DNA of 64,000 bases, taken from NCBI GenBank assembly GCA_002269645.1, contig NIVC01000269.1, forward strand, positions 670,687 through 734,686, given 5' to 3'. Made by a program: the position numbers and the translations under genes. This DNA is from Macrostomum lignano (Eukaryota). The notes beneath the pieces were generated by a model. The model saw only the letters and a list, made by a program, of their open reading frames with translations, was not told where the DNA came from and searched no databases. Of the stretch, positions 37,947-50,890 are shown piece after piece. How positions within the stretch are numbered: the stretch's first letter is position 1; the number at the start of each line of letters is the position of its first letter.

Positions 37947-39331
37947 TCAGTATGTCCTCTGGCTATCGGAGGAAGTCAGCTTCGGCTTTGGGTCCCCGAT
38001 GCAGGGAAAAAGAAACTGGTAAAAGCTTCTGGACAGACCGGCTATGAACAGCGAGTTCGTGAAGTACGGAATGTGGAACAGCATAGCCGCCAGTCGCTCA
38101 GAGACAACATCTGAAATTTGGTTGCTTTAAATTTTATAGCAAAAAGCACCAATACGAAAATATATCAATTCAAGCTGAGAAAAAGTTATGCTTTTACAAA
38201 AACAGTACTCACAGAGAACAGGATCCACGATAACTTCCACCCGCGTGCTGACCACCAGCAGCAGCCGGGAGAAGAAGAAACACAACAACAGCGTGACGTT
38301 CATCCCCAGCAGCCTGGCGGTGGCTCGAGCCTCCATGCTCACCGCGTCAGCTCCTTCATTGCTACTCATAGCCAACACGGCTCTCTTTCTCTTAGACTGA
38401 AACAGCACTATGATTATGATAGTAGCAGACAGCATGTTCAGGAAGCATATGAAGAAGGCCACTACTAGCATGAAAACAAAACCAATAAACTGAAGCTCTT
38501 TATCAGTACTTAGTGTCTGAAAAGACGGGACACTGCACGTTCCAAGATAAACTTGAATTCCGCGGACAGTAGTTAAAATGCGCGTATTGCTCCAGCCGTC
38601 TATAACCAGAGCGCCAAACACGACCGCCACAACCAGAGCAAGCAGCGAAGCCGCGAGAATCAAAATCAGGTCGAGTCTCTTGGTCAGGTGGGCTTTGGCA
38701 ACCAGCGGATACTTGATGCAGTAGCAGCGCAGTAGCGAGCTGATAGTCAGAGCGAACGGAGACAGGTACAGCGGGAAGTAGAGGATGATGAAGAATACTC
38801 TGCACATCACCTTCTGAAGGAATCTGTGGTCTTTAGACCGTAGGCCCCACATCAGAAGCTGCAAATCATTACCGGGTCCAGAGAATAGATATGGACTAGA
38901 GGCGTAAAAATCATTAGTGATCATTTCGTATGCGCGGTACAAGGTTCCCGCAATGTCTGCACTGACAACTAGCAGGAACCACTTCCTAGCGGACAGAGAG
39001 AAGCCGGTGTTTCCGCGAACCAGGAAAATGACGGTGAGGATCTGCAGCAGCAGGCCTGCTGGGAAGCCGATGGCTTTGGAAATCCCGATTCCAAATTTCA
39101 TAAACGCATTCCAATATTGTCGCACCAAATGGCTGTATTGTCCGCGTATGAACTCCTCTGTGCGAGTGTTGTTGTAGATTTTCTGCAGAAATCTCGCGTA
39201 TCCTGCAACCGAATTCGAGTTGGTATGCTGCTTATGATTTCTATTTGTAGGAATTGTCTGCAAATAGTTAAACGGCCGTATAATTCGAATTGCTTACCGT
39301 CAGGATCCCCAAAATATTTATAAATACTCAT
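37947..39331 (-). CDS. Divergent rhodopsin-like 7TM receptor, paralogue B, intact 3-exon model (39331-39298, 39202-38213, 38110-37947; 395 aa)
   Basis: ATG exon MSIYKYFGDPD-G with GTAAGC donor, ttgcAG acceptor, GTGAGT donor at 38212, tttcAG acceptor at 38111. Total 1188 nt in frame with TM7 LFHIPYFTNSLFIAGL. The same exon structure is conserved in paralogue C. Confidence 0.85.
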
Positions 39332-39874
39332 CTCAAGCGCTTAAAACCTTGAAATAAAACAGTATGGATCTGATCTGGTGCTGACTGTCAGCGAATTCTG
39401 CGATTGCAAGTCGAAAAACGACGCTCGACTTGGATTTTTATGAAGCTGACCGAAGATTTTTTTGGCTTCTGTTGTTTTCGTGCGCTTGTCCGTCGTTTGC
39501 ATACGAGCGTAGCTTAGCTCTCTTTTGTAAATATTTTTCTGCTTTCTAGGAGCTTCAGTCAAAATCGCTTTGATCTAAAACACGAAAAATGTTGCTTGTT
39601 TTTTTAACAGCCTAATGAGACGTGAACACCGATGTTCTGGGCAACATTTTGGCTGCGTAAATCTGTTTCTATAAGGATTCAAGTACGTATTACTGTAATT
39701 TTTGCACCATTTCTCAAAAAATTAGCCATCTAACTAATCCCTCGAGTAATAGGCGTTACAACACTGTAGTAGGGTTATAGTCAGTAGTAGTTAGCGAATG
39801 CTTTGAATGGCCAGTAAAAGGATACCACTATGAGTAGCCCTACGAACAATACTACAGACAGTTAGAGTTGTATA

Positions 39875-40100
39875 CATGAAGATGTAGCCTAGAAACGTTG
39901 GACTCTCTATGTCTGAAGTCGGGGGTTCGATTCACGATCCCACGGGAATAATTTGCGTTTTTAAGCAAGACTTTTGCCTCTGCACTGCTTCAGTTCACCC
40001 AGCTGTAAAATGGGTGCCAGCATTAGCTGGGGTAATTGAGGGTGTGTGTGGCGATCCCCCAGTCCTTGGACTGAACAGCCTACACATCAAATGCAACGAG
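39875..40100 (+). mobile_element. tRNA-headed SINE remnant
   Basis: B-box GGTTCGATTC at 39924-39933, followed by aagcaagactttt..tgcttcagttcacccagctgtaaaatgggtgcc, which resembles conserved metazoan SINE central domains. Confidence 0.5.
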
Positions 40101-41053
40101 CATGTGTTATCACACGTCTTGAAAGTGATTCAACATTTCAAAGTACGAAGGGGTAATTAAATGCAATGTTTATAGACATATGATTAAGAAAAAAATTGAA
40201 TGTTTATATTAATACCCAAAAATCATTGAGCTTCTAGATCTGCGGAATCCTTCGGCAAAGCGATGGATAGTCTGATGGAAAAGAGCATATTACAATATCG
40301 ATAAAGCTTTTTTCATATTTAAAACTTGGACATACACGAGAGCCTCAGAACAGTAAACTAGAATTCTCTGTACCTGCAATGAACGAGTTCACATACTCGT
40401 TTTTCATTAAACGTTCGTTTAGCGTTAATAAGTAACCGCAAAAGTGTTACAGCGTTCGCCGAATGTCAGAAGAAGACAGCTTGAGGTCTTGATGCAGAGA
40501 AGCAGAAACTCAGCTTCAGCTTTCGGCTTCAGATTTTTTAGGCTAGTTCTGCTACAAAAAAAATTAGCAGAAAGCTTAGAAAAAATAATACAGAGGACTG
40601 GATCCGCTACTTTGTTTAAATCTGCGCTGAAAATCAGCAGCAACCGGGGGAAAAATAAGTAGAACAGCTGCGTAAGGTTCATCACAAGCAGCCTGACGGT
40701 GGCTCGAGCCTCCATGTTTTATTCCGTCTCTGCCACCTAGTCACCATTTGGGGTCATTAGAGCTCTGATTCGCTTAGACTCAATCAGCACTGTGTGATGG
40801 CGGCCGACGCGATCAGATAGCATGTGAAAAACCGACGACAAGCATGAAGTAAATCAAGCCCTCTTCAGGCTTCACATGAGATGTGACCAGGTGCACTGGG
40901 GGCATCCGGGTTCGCGGAGTTAAGAGTGATAATCCGGTATGAGCGGTACAAGGTGCCAGTCCGCGATGTCAGAACTGACAACAACCAGAAACCACTTCCT
41001 GGCAGACAGGGAGAAGCTGGTGCTCCTCTAACCAGAAAAATGACGGTAAGCAT

Positions 41054-41338
41054 TGTTCTGGAGGTTCATTTTTTGTCATATTTTTGGGGTTTTACTTATT
41101 TAATTGTACATGTATTTGCTCTTTATTTAATGTACATGAGCCAACCCCCCTCGATTTGCTAACCCCACCCCACGTTAAATAATAATTAAAAAGGGCGTGA
41201 TTTTTGGTCAGCGTGTTTTTTGCTAACTTGGTTGTTTTGTTTTGCCTGCGCGAGAACGCAGAGGTATTGAAGCCTACAAGCATTCGATTTTTGCCTACTT
41301 AGTTATTTTTCGGTTTCGAAGAGTTAGTCGATTTAACA
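41054..41338 (+). repeat. 5' LTR
   Basis: TGTTCTGG...TTTAACA. Confidence 0.95.
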
Positions 41339-41340
41339 AC

Positions 41341-41358
41341 TGGTAGCAGAGCGTGGTT
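41341..41358 (+). promoter_or_regulatory. Primer-binding site, initiator tRNA-Met-like
   Basis: TGGTAGCAGAGCGTGGTT starts 2 nt after the LTR. TGGTAGCAGAG is complementary to the 3' end of eukaryotic tRNAiMet. Confidence 0.75.
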
Positions 41359-41363
41359 GAAAA

Positions 41364-44300
41364 ATGCAAAAGGACGGAGAAGAATTCGAGTCGAACTACC
41401 CGCCGGCTGACGAGGAAGAACGCAAGCTGATGGACGCGAAGGCCGCCAAGACGAGGGCCAAGGCCGCATTCACCAAAGGAAGAAACCGGCTGGTACAACA
41501 ACTCGCTGCTGGTGGTCAAGACGGCGCCGAAGTACAACAGCAAGCGACTCTCATGGAGAAGCTATTCGAGGCGGTGACAACTGAGCTGGAGAAGCTGTTG
41601 GAGCTCGCCGGAAACGACCTGCCACTGCGTCGCCAAACGATCAAGGAGCTGGAGAATGCTGAAAAGGACTACGGTGAGACTGTGGGTCTGATGACCGAGT
41701 TCTGGAAAGATCGTAGCAGAAGTGAAGCAGCTGAGAGGGAGGAACAGGATCGCTTGGCGGAGTCTGAAGGACAGCAGAGGCGTGAGGAAGAGCAGCGAAA
41801 AGTGCAAGCCGCAGAGCACAGAGCGCTGGAGTTGGAAGAGGTGCAGAGAGAGCTAGAGAGAGACTATCAACAACGGCATGAGCAGTTGGCAGAGGAGCTG
41901 AGGCGACTGAAAATTGTTACTGGCAGCACTAAGGCAGAGAGCCCGTGTGAAAGGGCAAGCCCAGGTTCAGGTTTGGCTGAACAGTCGATTGGGGCTGAGG
42001 TGGGTGTAAGCGCTGCGCCAGACAGGAGTGAAAAAGCTGATTGGACTGCCCACGAAGGGGGTCAGGCGAGCGATCGATAAACCAAAACCCTGCACCCAGG
42101 CCAGCCACCTCACAGTCAGCCAGTGTACAGTCGCAACTCAGAGAGCCAATCGTTCAGCAGGAGTGTACACAGAGGGTGAGAGAAGAAGCGGAGAGGCAGG
42201 TCAGTCAGGACATGTGGCGGCAATTGCAGCGGGTGGCGATTCCCAGTTTCTCAGGTGATAAGCGTCAATACGAAGGGTGGAAGGCGGCCTTTTACGCGTG
42301 TGTAGATGCTGCACCCTCCTCTCGAGTGTACAAGCTATTGCAACTGAGGCAGTGTCTGCAGGGCGATGCGCTAAAGCTAATAGCCAACCTAGGGCATTCT
42401 GAATTTGCGTACAAGGCGGCTCTGGATAGGTTGGAGAGAGAATATGGAGGAGAGAGGCGCCGGCTGGTGCTAGTGTTGGAGGACCTGGACCGTTTTCGGC
42501 CCATTGTGACGGAGAGTGCGCCTCAGTTGAAGAAGCTGGCTGATCTGGTGGATGTAGCGGTTATCAATCTGATGGAGGCGGGTCGTGAAGCTGAACTAGA
42601 CAGCAATGGATTGCTTCATCTTCGCGTGCAAAAGAAATTGCCGACTGACACCTTGGCACGGTACCACCGATGGGTCGGGGAGAATGGCAGAAATGACACG
42701 CTCAGCGCTCTTCATCAATGGCTGCTGCGGGAGGCTGAGTATCAGACGGTTGCTATGGAGGCAGTGCATGGAGTTGCGGCACAGAATGGGCCAGGAGCAG
42801 GGAAGATGGAGCAAAGTAAGAAATTCAGCGGGATGCAGCGCACGGAAACAGCTCGAACGCATTTTGGCGCTGTCGCGGAGTCAACGAGAGCCGATGAGCA
42901 GCGCAAGAAAAACTGCCGTGTCTGTGAAGGAAGCCATGGCGCCTGGGAGTGCCCGAAGTTTGTGGAGATGGATGTAGTGAAGCGATGGGCCGTTGCTCGT
43001 GAGAAGAAGCTGTGCTTTCATTGTCTCGGCGTCAATCACTCTGGTTTAGCTTGTCGGCGGTCTAGAACCTGTGGCGTAGATGGTTGCCAAGGAAAACACC
43101 ATCGAATGCTTCACCAGAAGCGGGAGCCGAAACCAGCAGCTGCAGTGACGAGAGGCGGCGAAGGAGAGGCACGAAAACCCGCGGAGGACATATCAGCGGC
43201 GACGAAGAAGGAGCGCACTATGCTGGCTGAAGTCGTAAAGGAAACTGCGTTGAGGACGGTGCCGGTGATATTGGTGGCTGGTGAGCGCCAAGTTCGGATC
43301 AACGCGTTGCTTGATGATGCGAGTACGCGCACGTACCTCAATGCGGACGTAGCAGCAGAGCTGGGACTGGAAGGTAAACTTCAGCGCATAAACGTTAAGG
43401 TGCTCAACGGAGGAGTCGAGTCGTTTGAAACAGCGCCTGTAGAGGTGACAGTCCGGAGTGTCGATGCAGCGTTTGAGACAAAAATTGTTGCTTTCACAGC
43501 GGAGAAAGTAACCGGCGGAATGAAGGCAGTTGATTGGAGTCAACTGGCGGAGCACTGGGCGCATCTGAGAGGCATTCCGTTTGAGTCAACATCAAGCCGG
43601 AAGACGATTGACATGCTTATCGGTGTCGACAATGCCGAGATGCATCTGGCTTGCAAAGAAGTCTGTGGAATGCCAGGGGAACCAATAGCTCGACTGACTC
43701 CTATTGGATGGACCTGCATCGGGCAGTTAGGTTCGGATGAGGGAAGCAGCAAGAGCGGGGAATCGTTCCTCTGCCACGAGTGTCAAGATCAGGTCGACAG
43801 TCAGGTTCGAAGGTTGTGGGCGATCGAGGAAGTTCCTGATGTAGCTGAGCTGAACCGCGAAAGAGGGACGTTAACTGCGGATGAGCAGCATGCTGTGGCG
43901 GTAGTCAAGGAGTCGATGTCGGTGGTGGAAGGAAGATATCAGGTAGCCATTCCATGGAAGTCTCAAAATCGTGCTCTGCCGAGCAATCGTGAAGCTGCGG
44001 AACGCAGACTGATCAGCACGGAGAAGCGACTGCAGAGGAGTGAAGGATTGCCAAAAGCGTATCAGGGGTGTTGGAAGGCCAGTTGGAAAAAGGTTATCTC
44101 AAGAAGGTCGAAGACAGCAGTGAGCTTCAAAACACCGAATGGTACCTGCCGCATTTTCCGGTAATCAGAGAAGACAAGGACACCACCAAAGTCCGTATCG
44201 TGTTTGACGCTTCCGCGCGCTGCCAAGGAGTGAGTCTCAATGACGTCATCCTTCCAGGACCGAAGCTTCAGAACGACCTATTTCAAGTGCTCCTTCGATT

Positions 44301-47150
44301 CCGTCGCGGTCCAGTGGCAATCGTTTGCGACATTGAAGAGATGTACCTTAGAATTCGCCTCAAGCCAGAAGATCGGCGCTACTTTCGATTTTTGTGGCGA
44401 GACAGGAACGAAACGGGCAAACCTGAGGTATTCGAGTTTCAGAGTGTCGTTTTTGGAGTTAATTGTTCGCCGTTTCTTGCTCAGTTCGTGTCGCAGGAGC
44501 ATGCTAGGAGTCATCAGGAAACTTTTCCAAGAGCGTCAGAAACCATTCTGAAGTCGACCTACATGGACGACAGTTTGGACTCGTGAACAGCGTCCATGAA
44601 GCTATCCAGTTGCGCCGCGAACTGACAGCTCTGTGGGAAAAAGCCGGCATGCGTGCGAGAAAATGGATGTCGAACGCGTCTGAGGTGTTGGAGACAGTAG
44701 CTCCGGAGGATCGAGCGGTGAAAGCGCAGCACGTGCTTCGTGGAGAAATGGCGACGTCGAAGGCGTTGGGAGTGACTTGGACAGCCAATGATGATATGCT
44801 CGCGATCACGGGAAATGCAGGTGCGAAGGAAGTGTCCGTTGAGTCGAAACGACAGCTGCTCAAGCGCGTTGCGATGGTGTTCGACCCATGCGGGTTTCTG
44901 AGTCCATTTACAATTCGCGGGCGAATTCTTCTGCAGGAGATTTGGCAGAATGGAGCGGATTGGGATGAGCCCTTGGACCAGCAAGTTGCCGCGAAGGCTA
45001 CGCAATGGGCAGCGGAGATTGAAGAGTTGAGCATGCTGAAAATTCCACGATGTCTATGGCCTGATCCTACCAAAAAGGCAGTGCTACACGTCTTTGTGGA
45101 TGCATCTCAGGTGGCTTACGGCGCGGTAATCTATCTCAGGAGCGCCACAAGCCTGGACGAAATCTGTGTTCGTCTTGTAGCCGCAAAAGCACGTGTAGCT
45201 CCATTGGCAGCATGCAGCATCCCCAGACTCGAGCTCATGGCGGCGGTGCTTGGCGTGCGACTTGCCCAGACGGTGGCAGATGCGCTCGATTTAGACCTGA
45301 GAGAGTCGGTGTTCTGGAGTGACAGTGCAAATGTGCTCTGGTGGCTTCGAGGTCGCAGTAGAATTTTCAAGCCGTTCGTAGCAAATCGTGTTGCGTTCAT
45401 TCAGGAGGCGGTGAAGACTTGTCAGTGGCGTCACGTGCCGACCGATCTGAACCCCGCTGATGCCGTATCGCGAGGCTGTAGCGCCAAAGACCTTTGCCAA
45501 TCAGCGGTCTGGAGCGCGGGACCAGAGTTTCTGCTGCTAGATGAGGATGGCTGGCCGGCAAGGCTAGTTCCGACATCGGTTGACGGAGATCAAGAAGTTC
45601 GGCGAGAGGCGAGCAAGAGTAGTAAATCGGCGGCCGTAACTCTGTTGTCGAACGACACCACAGACAACGATTGTCGTTTGAATCCAGAGCGATTTTCGAG
45701 CTACCGCAGGCTGCGTAGCGTGACAGCATGGGTTCAGCGCTTCATCAGTAATTGCCGACTTCCACGAGATGAGAGACGACTTGGTGACCTCGAGGTCGAG
45801 GAGCTGCAAGAAGCTGAGGATCGAATCCTACGCGTGGCTCAGGAAGAAGCTTTCAAAGCAGAAGTTCAGCAGGTGCGTAGGGGAAAGCCAGTCTTCTCCA
45901 GCAGTCAGCTTCGCTGTCTCCAACCATTTCTTGATGAAGACGGACTGCTGCGAGTGGACGGAAGACTGAAGTTCGACCAGAATCTGTCATATCAGTCCAA
46001 GCATCCGGTCATTCTGCCGAGGCGAAGTTGGGTCACGAAGTTGTTGGTGAAGCACTATCACGAAGATCAAGGACATGGCGGAACAAACCAGACGCTGGCA
46101 GCGATGTCGACGAAGTTTTGGGTGATCGGTGGGCGCGAAGCCATTCGAGAATGGGAGAAGGAGTGCGCGCGATGCAGAAGGCAAAAAGCAGGACCGGAGG
46201 TGCAGCAGATGGCGCCGCTGCCAGAGGCCAGGCTGAAGAACTCTCTCCGAGCGTTCAGCTTTGTGGCAGTCGACTTCGGTGGTCCGTTTGAAACGGTACA
46301 AGGACGCGGAAGACGGCGAACGAAGAGGTATTTGGCCCTGTTCACCTGTTTGGAGACGAGAGCCGTGCACCTAGAGATGGCGTATAGCTTGGATTCTGAC
46401 TCGTTTCTGAATGCTTTCGCGCGCATGATCAACCGTAGAGGCCGGCCACTCGAAGTTTACTCGGACAACGGCGGCAACTTTGTCAAAGGCGAGCGAGAAC
46501 TACGAGAATTCGAAAACGAGCAGCAGAACAAAATCCAGAGAGCGGCAGCTGAGCGCGGCATCAAGTGGCGCTTCCAGCCTCCGTCGGCGCCCCATTTCGG
46601 CGGCGCCCACGAAGTTATGGTTCGCGCCGCTAAGCGAGCTGTGCGCGCCATCCTTAGCAACGCTGACATCACCGACGAAGAGCTGCATTCCGCCTTCACA
46701 GGTGCGGAAGCGCTCATCAATTCCAGGCCGCTGACATACCAAACCGCAAGCCCAAAGGACGACACGCCGTTGACGCCAAACCATTTCTTGCATGGACAGC
46801 TGGGTGGTGACTTTGCTACGGAAGTCTCGACCGAGGTCAGCCGCGACCCGCGCCGGCGGTGGCGACGTGTCCAAGAGCTGGTGCGGCACTTCTGGCACCG
46901 ATGGCTGCGTGAGTGGGTGCCAAGACTCAACGCCAGATCCAAGTGGGTCAAGGAGCAGCCGGATCTCGCCGTCGGCGACATCGTCTTGGCGCTACGAGCG
47001 GATGCGCCTCGAGGACACTGGCCGCTCGGGCGAGTTCTCGAGGTATTTCCTGGACGAGACGGCCATGTGCGCGTGGCCAAGGTGCGGACTGGCGGTGGGA
47101 CAGTGCTGCGACCCGTGACGAAGTTGTGTGTGCTGCAGCGAGGTGAATAG
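41364..47150 (+). CDS. BEL/Pao Gag-Pol polyprotein (Gag, three Zn knuckles, protease, RT, RNase H, integrase), split here by three -1 shifts
   Basis: IPSFSGDKRQYEGWKAAF, CRVCEGSH..C / CFHC..H..C / CGVDGC..HH..LH, ALLDDAS, RIVFDAS, YMDD, HVFVDASQVAYGA, HHCC, DFGGP, SDNGGNF, and the C-terminal RPVTKL domain. Confidence 0.93.
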
Positions 47151-47744
47151 TGACTGTTGACTTATTGCTAAACAAAACTTTTCAAATATGTAGTTTTTTG
47201 ACGGCTAGTTTATGGTGTTTGGAATTATTTATCTTTTTCGTGTCATTATTTGCCGTTTTTTGCTCCTAATAGCTGAAGTGGTGATGGATTGCTTATTTTT
47301 GCGTATTTTGTGTTTTTTTATTCTGAGTAAAAAGACCTGTTGCTTGCTTGAATGCGAGTTCTTTTGGCAGTTTTTGTGCTTTGATATTTTTCATATGTTT
47401 ACAGTAGGGATTATTTAAGTTTTCAAGACATTTTTCATCCCGTGTTATTTCACTAATTATCGTTTGAGCATCTTTGAGTTCGTTTGTGTTCGTTTCTTAG
47501 CAGAGATTTTTTGTGTTGGCTAGCGATTGCAAAGGTTTATATTTGGCACACTATCCTTTGATCCCAATTGACACTTCACATTGCATGCGTTCTTAATGTT
47601 AATTTCTGATTTCGCGCGATTTATTTTTTTATTTACAGGAGTTTACTGTTTTTTCGAATTATGCTTGCAACCGTTTCAATTAATTGCACGTAAGTTTCAA
47701 GGAGGCAATTTTTTTTTCTGCTTTTTTGCTGATTGGCCCCAATC

Positions 47745-47756
47745 AGGAAGGGGGAA
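47745..47756 (+). promoter_or_regulatory. Polypurine tract
   Basis: AGGAAGGGGGAA immediately precedes the 3' LTR. Confidence 0.9.
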
Positions 47757-48041
47757 TGTTCTGGAGGTTCATTTTTTGTCATATTTTTGGGGTTTTACTT
47801 ATTTAATTGTACATGTATTTGCTCTTTATTTAATGTACATGAGCCAACCCCCCTCGATTTGCTAACCCCACCCCACGTTAAATAATAATTAAAAAGGGCG
47901 TGATTTTTGGTCAGCGTGTTTTTTGCTAACTTGGTTGTTTTGTTTTGCCTGCGCGAGAACGCAGAGGTATTGAAGCCTACAAGCATTCGATTTTTGCCTA
48001 CTTAGTTATTTTTCGGTTTCGAAGAGTTAGTCGATTTAACA
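47757..48041 (+). repeat. 3' LTR
   Basis: Same 285-bp sequence as the 5' LTR. Confidence 0.95.
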
Positions 48042-49554
48042 AGCATCTGCAGCAACAGGGCCAGCGGGGATCCAACATCAGCAGATTTGCAAATCGAAAA
48101 ATCGTAAAATATGCAGGTCTAATAAACCTAAGCCAATATACGAGCGTATTACAGGCAAAACGGCATCGCTAATCCGGTATGGTTCGATTCCGTAATCGAA
48201 TTTAAATTTTCAGGTTTTCAACGCATATTGGCTTGGCCAAATACGAGAATAGTTTAATGCACCTTTGTTCCTTGAAGTGCAATCATTTGGGCACGAGGGA
48301 AGATACGGCTTGCTTTATGATTGGAGCGATCCAGTCCAGCATTGAATTATTAAAACCTTCTCCCTAGGGCTTCAATTTGTTAATTAACTCTAAGATTTTA
48401 TTCGTCTGGTTACTGTTTAAGCTTTATGTTGTTGCTCGGTATACTTGAGATCATTCAAATTAAAATATTGGGCGTGCCTTCTAACAAGATGCTAGGCGTT
48501 GACTTGCGGTTTGGCGACTTGCTGCATCAAAAAATTAGTTTTATTTAGCAGACAGTGAGCATTCCTCATGCAAATTGAGAATTCGTAAGTCTTCAACAAT
48601 CAACGAAAATTCTGAAAAAACCAACTGTTGCTGTTTACAACGTATGGCTTCGCACTCCTGCCTCAACGGCCCGATTATCTTTCTAAATATCCATCTTTTA
48701 GAAAGACACAGCATTTTTCAGTGGTAACGGCAAGACGTAACTAAGAACTAGGCTCTAAAAGACCTATTTTACACGCCCTACACTGCCCTGTTGGCTCCCT
48801 GCCGCCCTTGAGATTAGCGATAAGTGTGACGAGCAAGTCACTGACGCGGCACTCTATCGCCGCACTCGTTAATCTTAAAAAATTACAGATTTTTGACAAT
48901 CAACAAGGCTGTAGATTGAATACTCAATGCCCAACACTTAAACTATCGCAAACTAATGAGGTCTGTGCAATTCAGTGACGCAATGTGATTGATTAAAAAA
49001 CGGCTTAACTGATTTACTACCATACTCAACTGTTTTATCAGACATTTCCAGAGTTTGCTAAAAGTGTCTTGAATAAGAGACTGACCAATGCTAAGGAGAT
49101 TAAGTTAAACTACACCAGTCTAAATGTAAATGGCCTGAACCGCTAAGGTTAAATATTTACCAATGTGTATTTACTAACCGCTAGAAACACTAAAATTCTT
49201 GAAGCAGGTTTTAAAAAACGAATAAACACCCTTTTATTTCGAAATCCCTCTGGTTGCAGACCATTTCAGAATGATAAATTGCATCGAACTAAATGAAATA
49301 ACTGACTTGCAAATTTTTAGTAACAGTTGCTAAAGCATATTTCGCAACCTGGGCTGCTGAATTTTTGACTAATTCTGTCGTAATTTTAATTTGTAAAAGA
49401 AAAAATGACTAAATACCAAGGTAATTCCAGTAATAGGTAAAGCTTGAAGCCACAGTACAAGAAGTGTGATTACTTCAATAATTTTAAAATTCTCAATTAC
49501 ACTTAATTGTTCACTATTGGTTAGCACGCACGAGTCGATTTTCGCTGATTTTTG

Positions 49555-50890
49555 TCACGTAGTCCTCTGGCTATCGGAAAAAGTCAGCTTCGGCTTCGAG
49601 TCCCTGATACAGGGAAACAGAAACTGGTAAAAGCCTCTGGACAGACCGGCTATGAACAGCGAGTTCGTGAAGTACGGAATGTGGAACAGCATAGCCGCCA
49701 GTCGCTCAGAGACAACATCTGAAATTTGGTTGCTTCAACTTCAGCATGGAGAGTAAAAACAGAAAGGCTTACACAAGACGGGGTCCGCATAGCTGTCAAT
49801 CCTCGTGCTGACCACCAGCAGCAGCCTGGAGAAGAATAAACACAACAACAGCGTGACGTTCATCCCCAGCAGCCTGGCGGTGGCTCGAGCCTTCATGCTC
49901 ACCGCGTCAGCTCCTTCACTGCCACTCATTGTCAGCACAGCTCTCTTTCTTTTAGACTGAAACAGCACTATGATTATGATAGTGGCAGACAGCATGTTCA
50001 GGAAGCATATGAAGAAGGCCACTACTAGCATGAAAGCAAAACCAACGAACTGCAACTCCTTATCAGTATTGACTGTCAGAAATATTGGAACGCTGCATTT
50101 CCCATAGTAAACATGGATGCCGTATGTCGTCGTAGATAAAAACCTTAAGCACCAGCCGTCTATAATCAGAGCGCCAAACACGACCGCCACAACCAGAGCA
50201 AGCAGCAAAGCGGCAAGAATCAAAATCAGGTCGAGTCTCTTGGTCAGGTGGACTTTAGCAACCAGCGGATATTTGATGCAGTAGCAGCGCAGTAGCGAGC
50301 TGATGGTCAGAGCGAACGGAGACAGGTATAGCGGAAGTAGAGAATAATGAAGAATACTCTGCACATCACCTTCTGGAGGAATTCGTGGTCTTTAGACCGC
50401 AGGCCCCACATTAGAAACTGCAGATCGTTTCCGGGTCCATAACTAGCGTAGGGATTGGAATCAAAAAAATCATCAGTGATCTTTTCGTATGCGCGGTACA
50501 AGGTGCCTGAACTGTCCGCACTGACGACTAGGAGAAACCACTTCTTGGCTGACAGAGAGAAGCCGGTGTTTCCGCGAACCAGGAAAATGACGGTGAGGAT
50601 CTGCAGCAGCAGGCCTGCTGGGAAGCCGATGGCCTTGGAAATCCCGATTCCAAATTTTATAAATGCTGTGCAATATTGTTGCACCAAACGGCTGTATTTT
50701 CAGGCTATGAGCTGAGTGCGAGTGTTATTGTGGATTTTCTGCAGAAATCTCGCGTATCCTGCAAAAGAATTCGAGTTGAAATGCTGAAATTTCTCAACTA
50801 TTTTTAGAAATTGTCTGCAAATGGTTAAGCCGACGCAGAAAAAGCAAGCCGCTTACCATCTGGGTTCCCAACATATTCAAAATTACTCAT
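49555..50890 (-). pseudogene. 7TM receptor paralogue C (exons 50890-50857, 50758-49773, 49718-49555), probable pseudogene
   Basis: Close paralogue of B (MSNFEYVGNPD-GYARFLQK..). In-frame TGA at 50702-50700, aligned with the Gly codon of B, plus a 1-nt deletion near 50333. Confidence 0.8.

Larger units (their letters stand above)
41054..48041 (+). mobile_element. Full-length BEL/Pao LTR retrotransposon, very recent insertion
   Basis: Two 285-bp TG..CA LTRs (41054-41338, 47757-48041) read identical by eye. 5-bp TSD AGCAT (41049-41053, 48042-48046), with PBS, PPT and a complete gag-pol. Confidence 0.97.
40420..48125 (-). pseudogene. 7TM receptor paralogue D, internally deleted and split by the BEL element
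   Basis: ..VGSPLALLLQML (48042-48090) continues as TVIFLVRG (41048 downward) across the insertion. MEARATVRLLVMN..DPVL ends at a GT at the conserved intron site. The TM3-TM5 region is missing. Confidence 0.75.

Noticed and set aside
42040-44590. Programmed ribosomal frameshifting in the BEL element
   Set aside because: No clear heptameric slippery sites. BEL elements usually have a single ORF, and each break is explained by a missing G in a G run.
44240-47175. Many short antisense and alternative-frame ORFs
   Set aside because: Shadow ORFs of the GC-rich BEL pol coding region.
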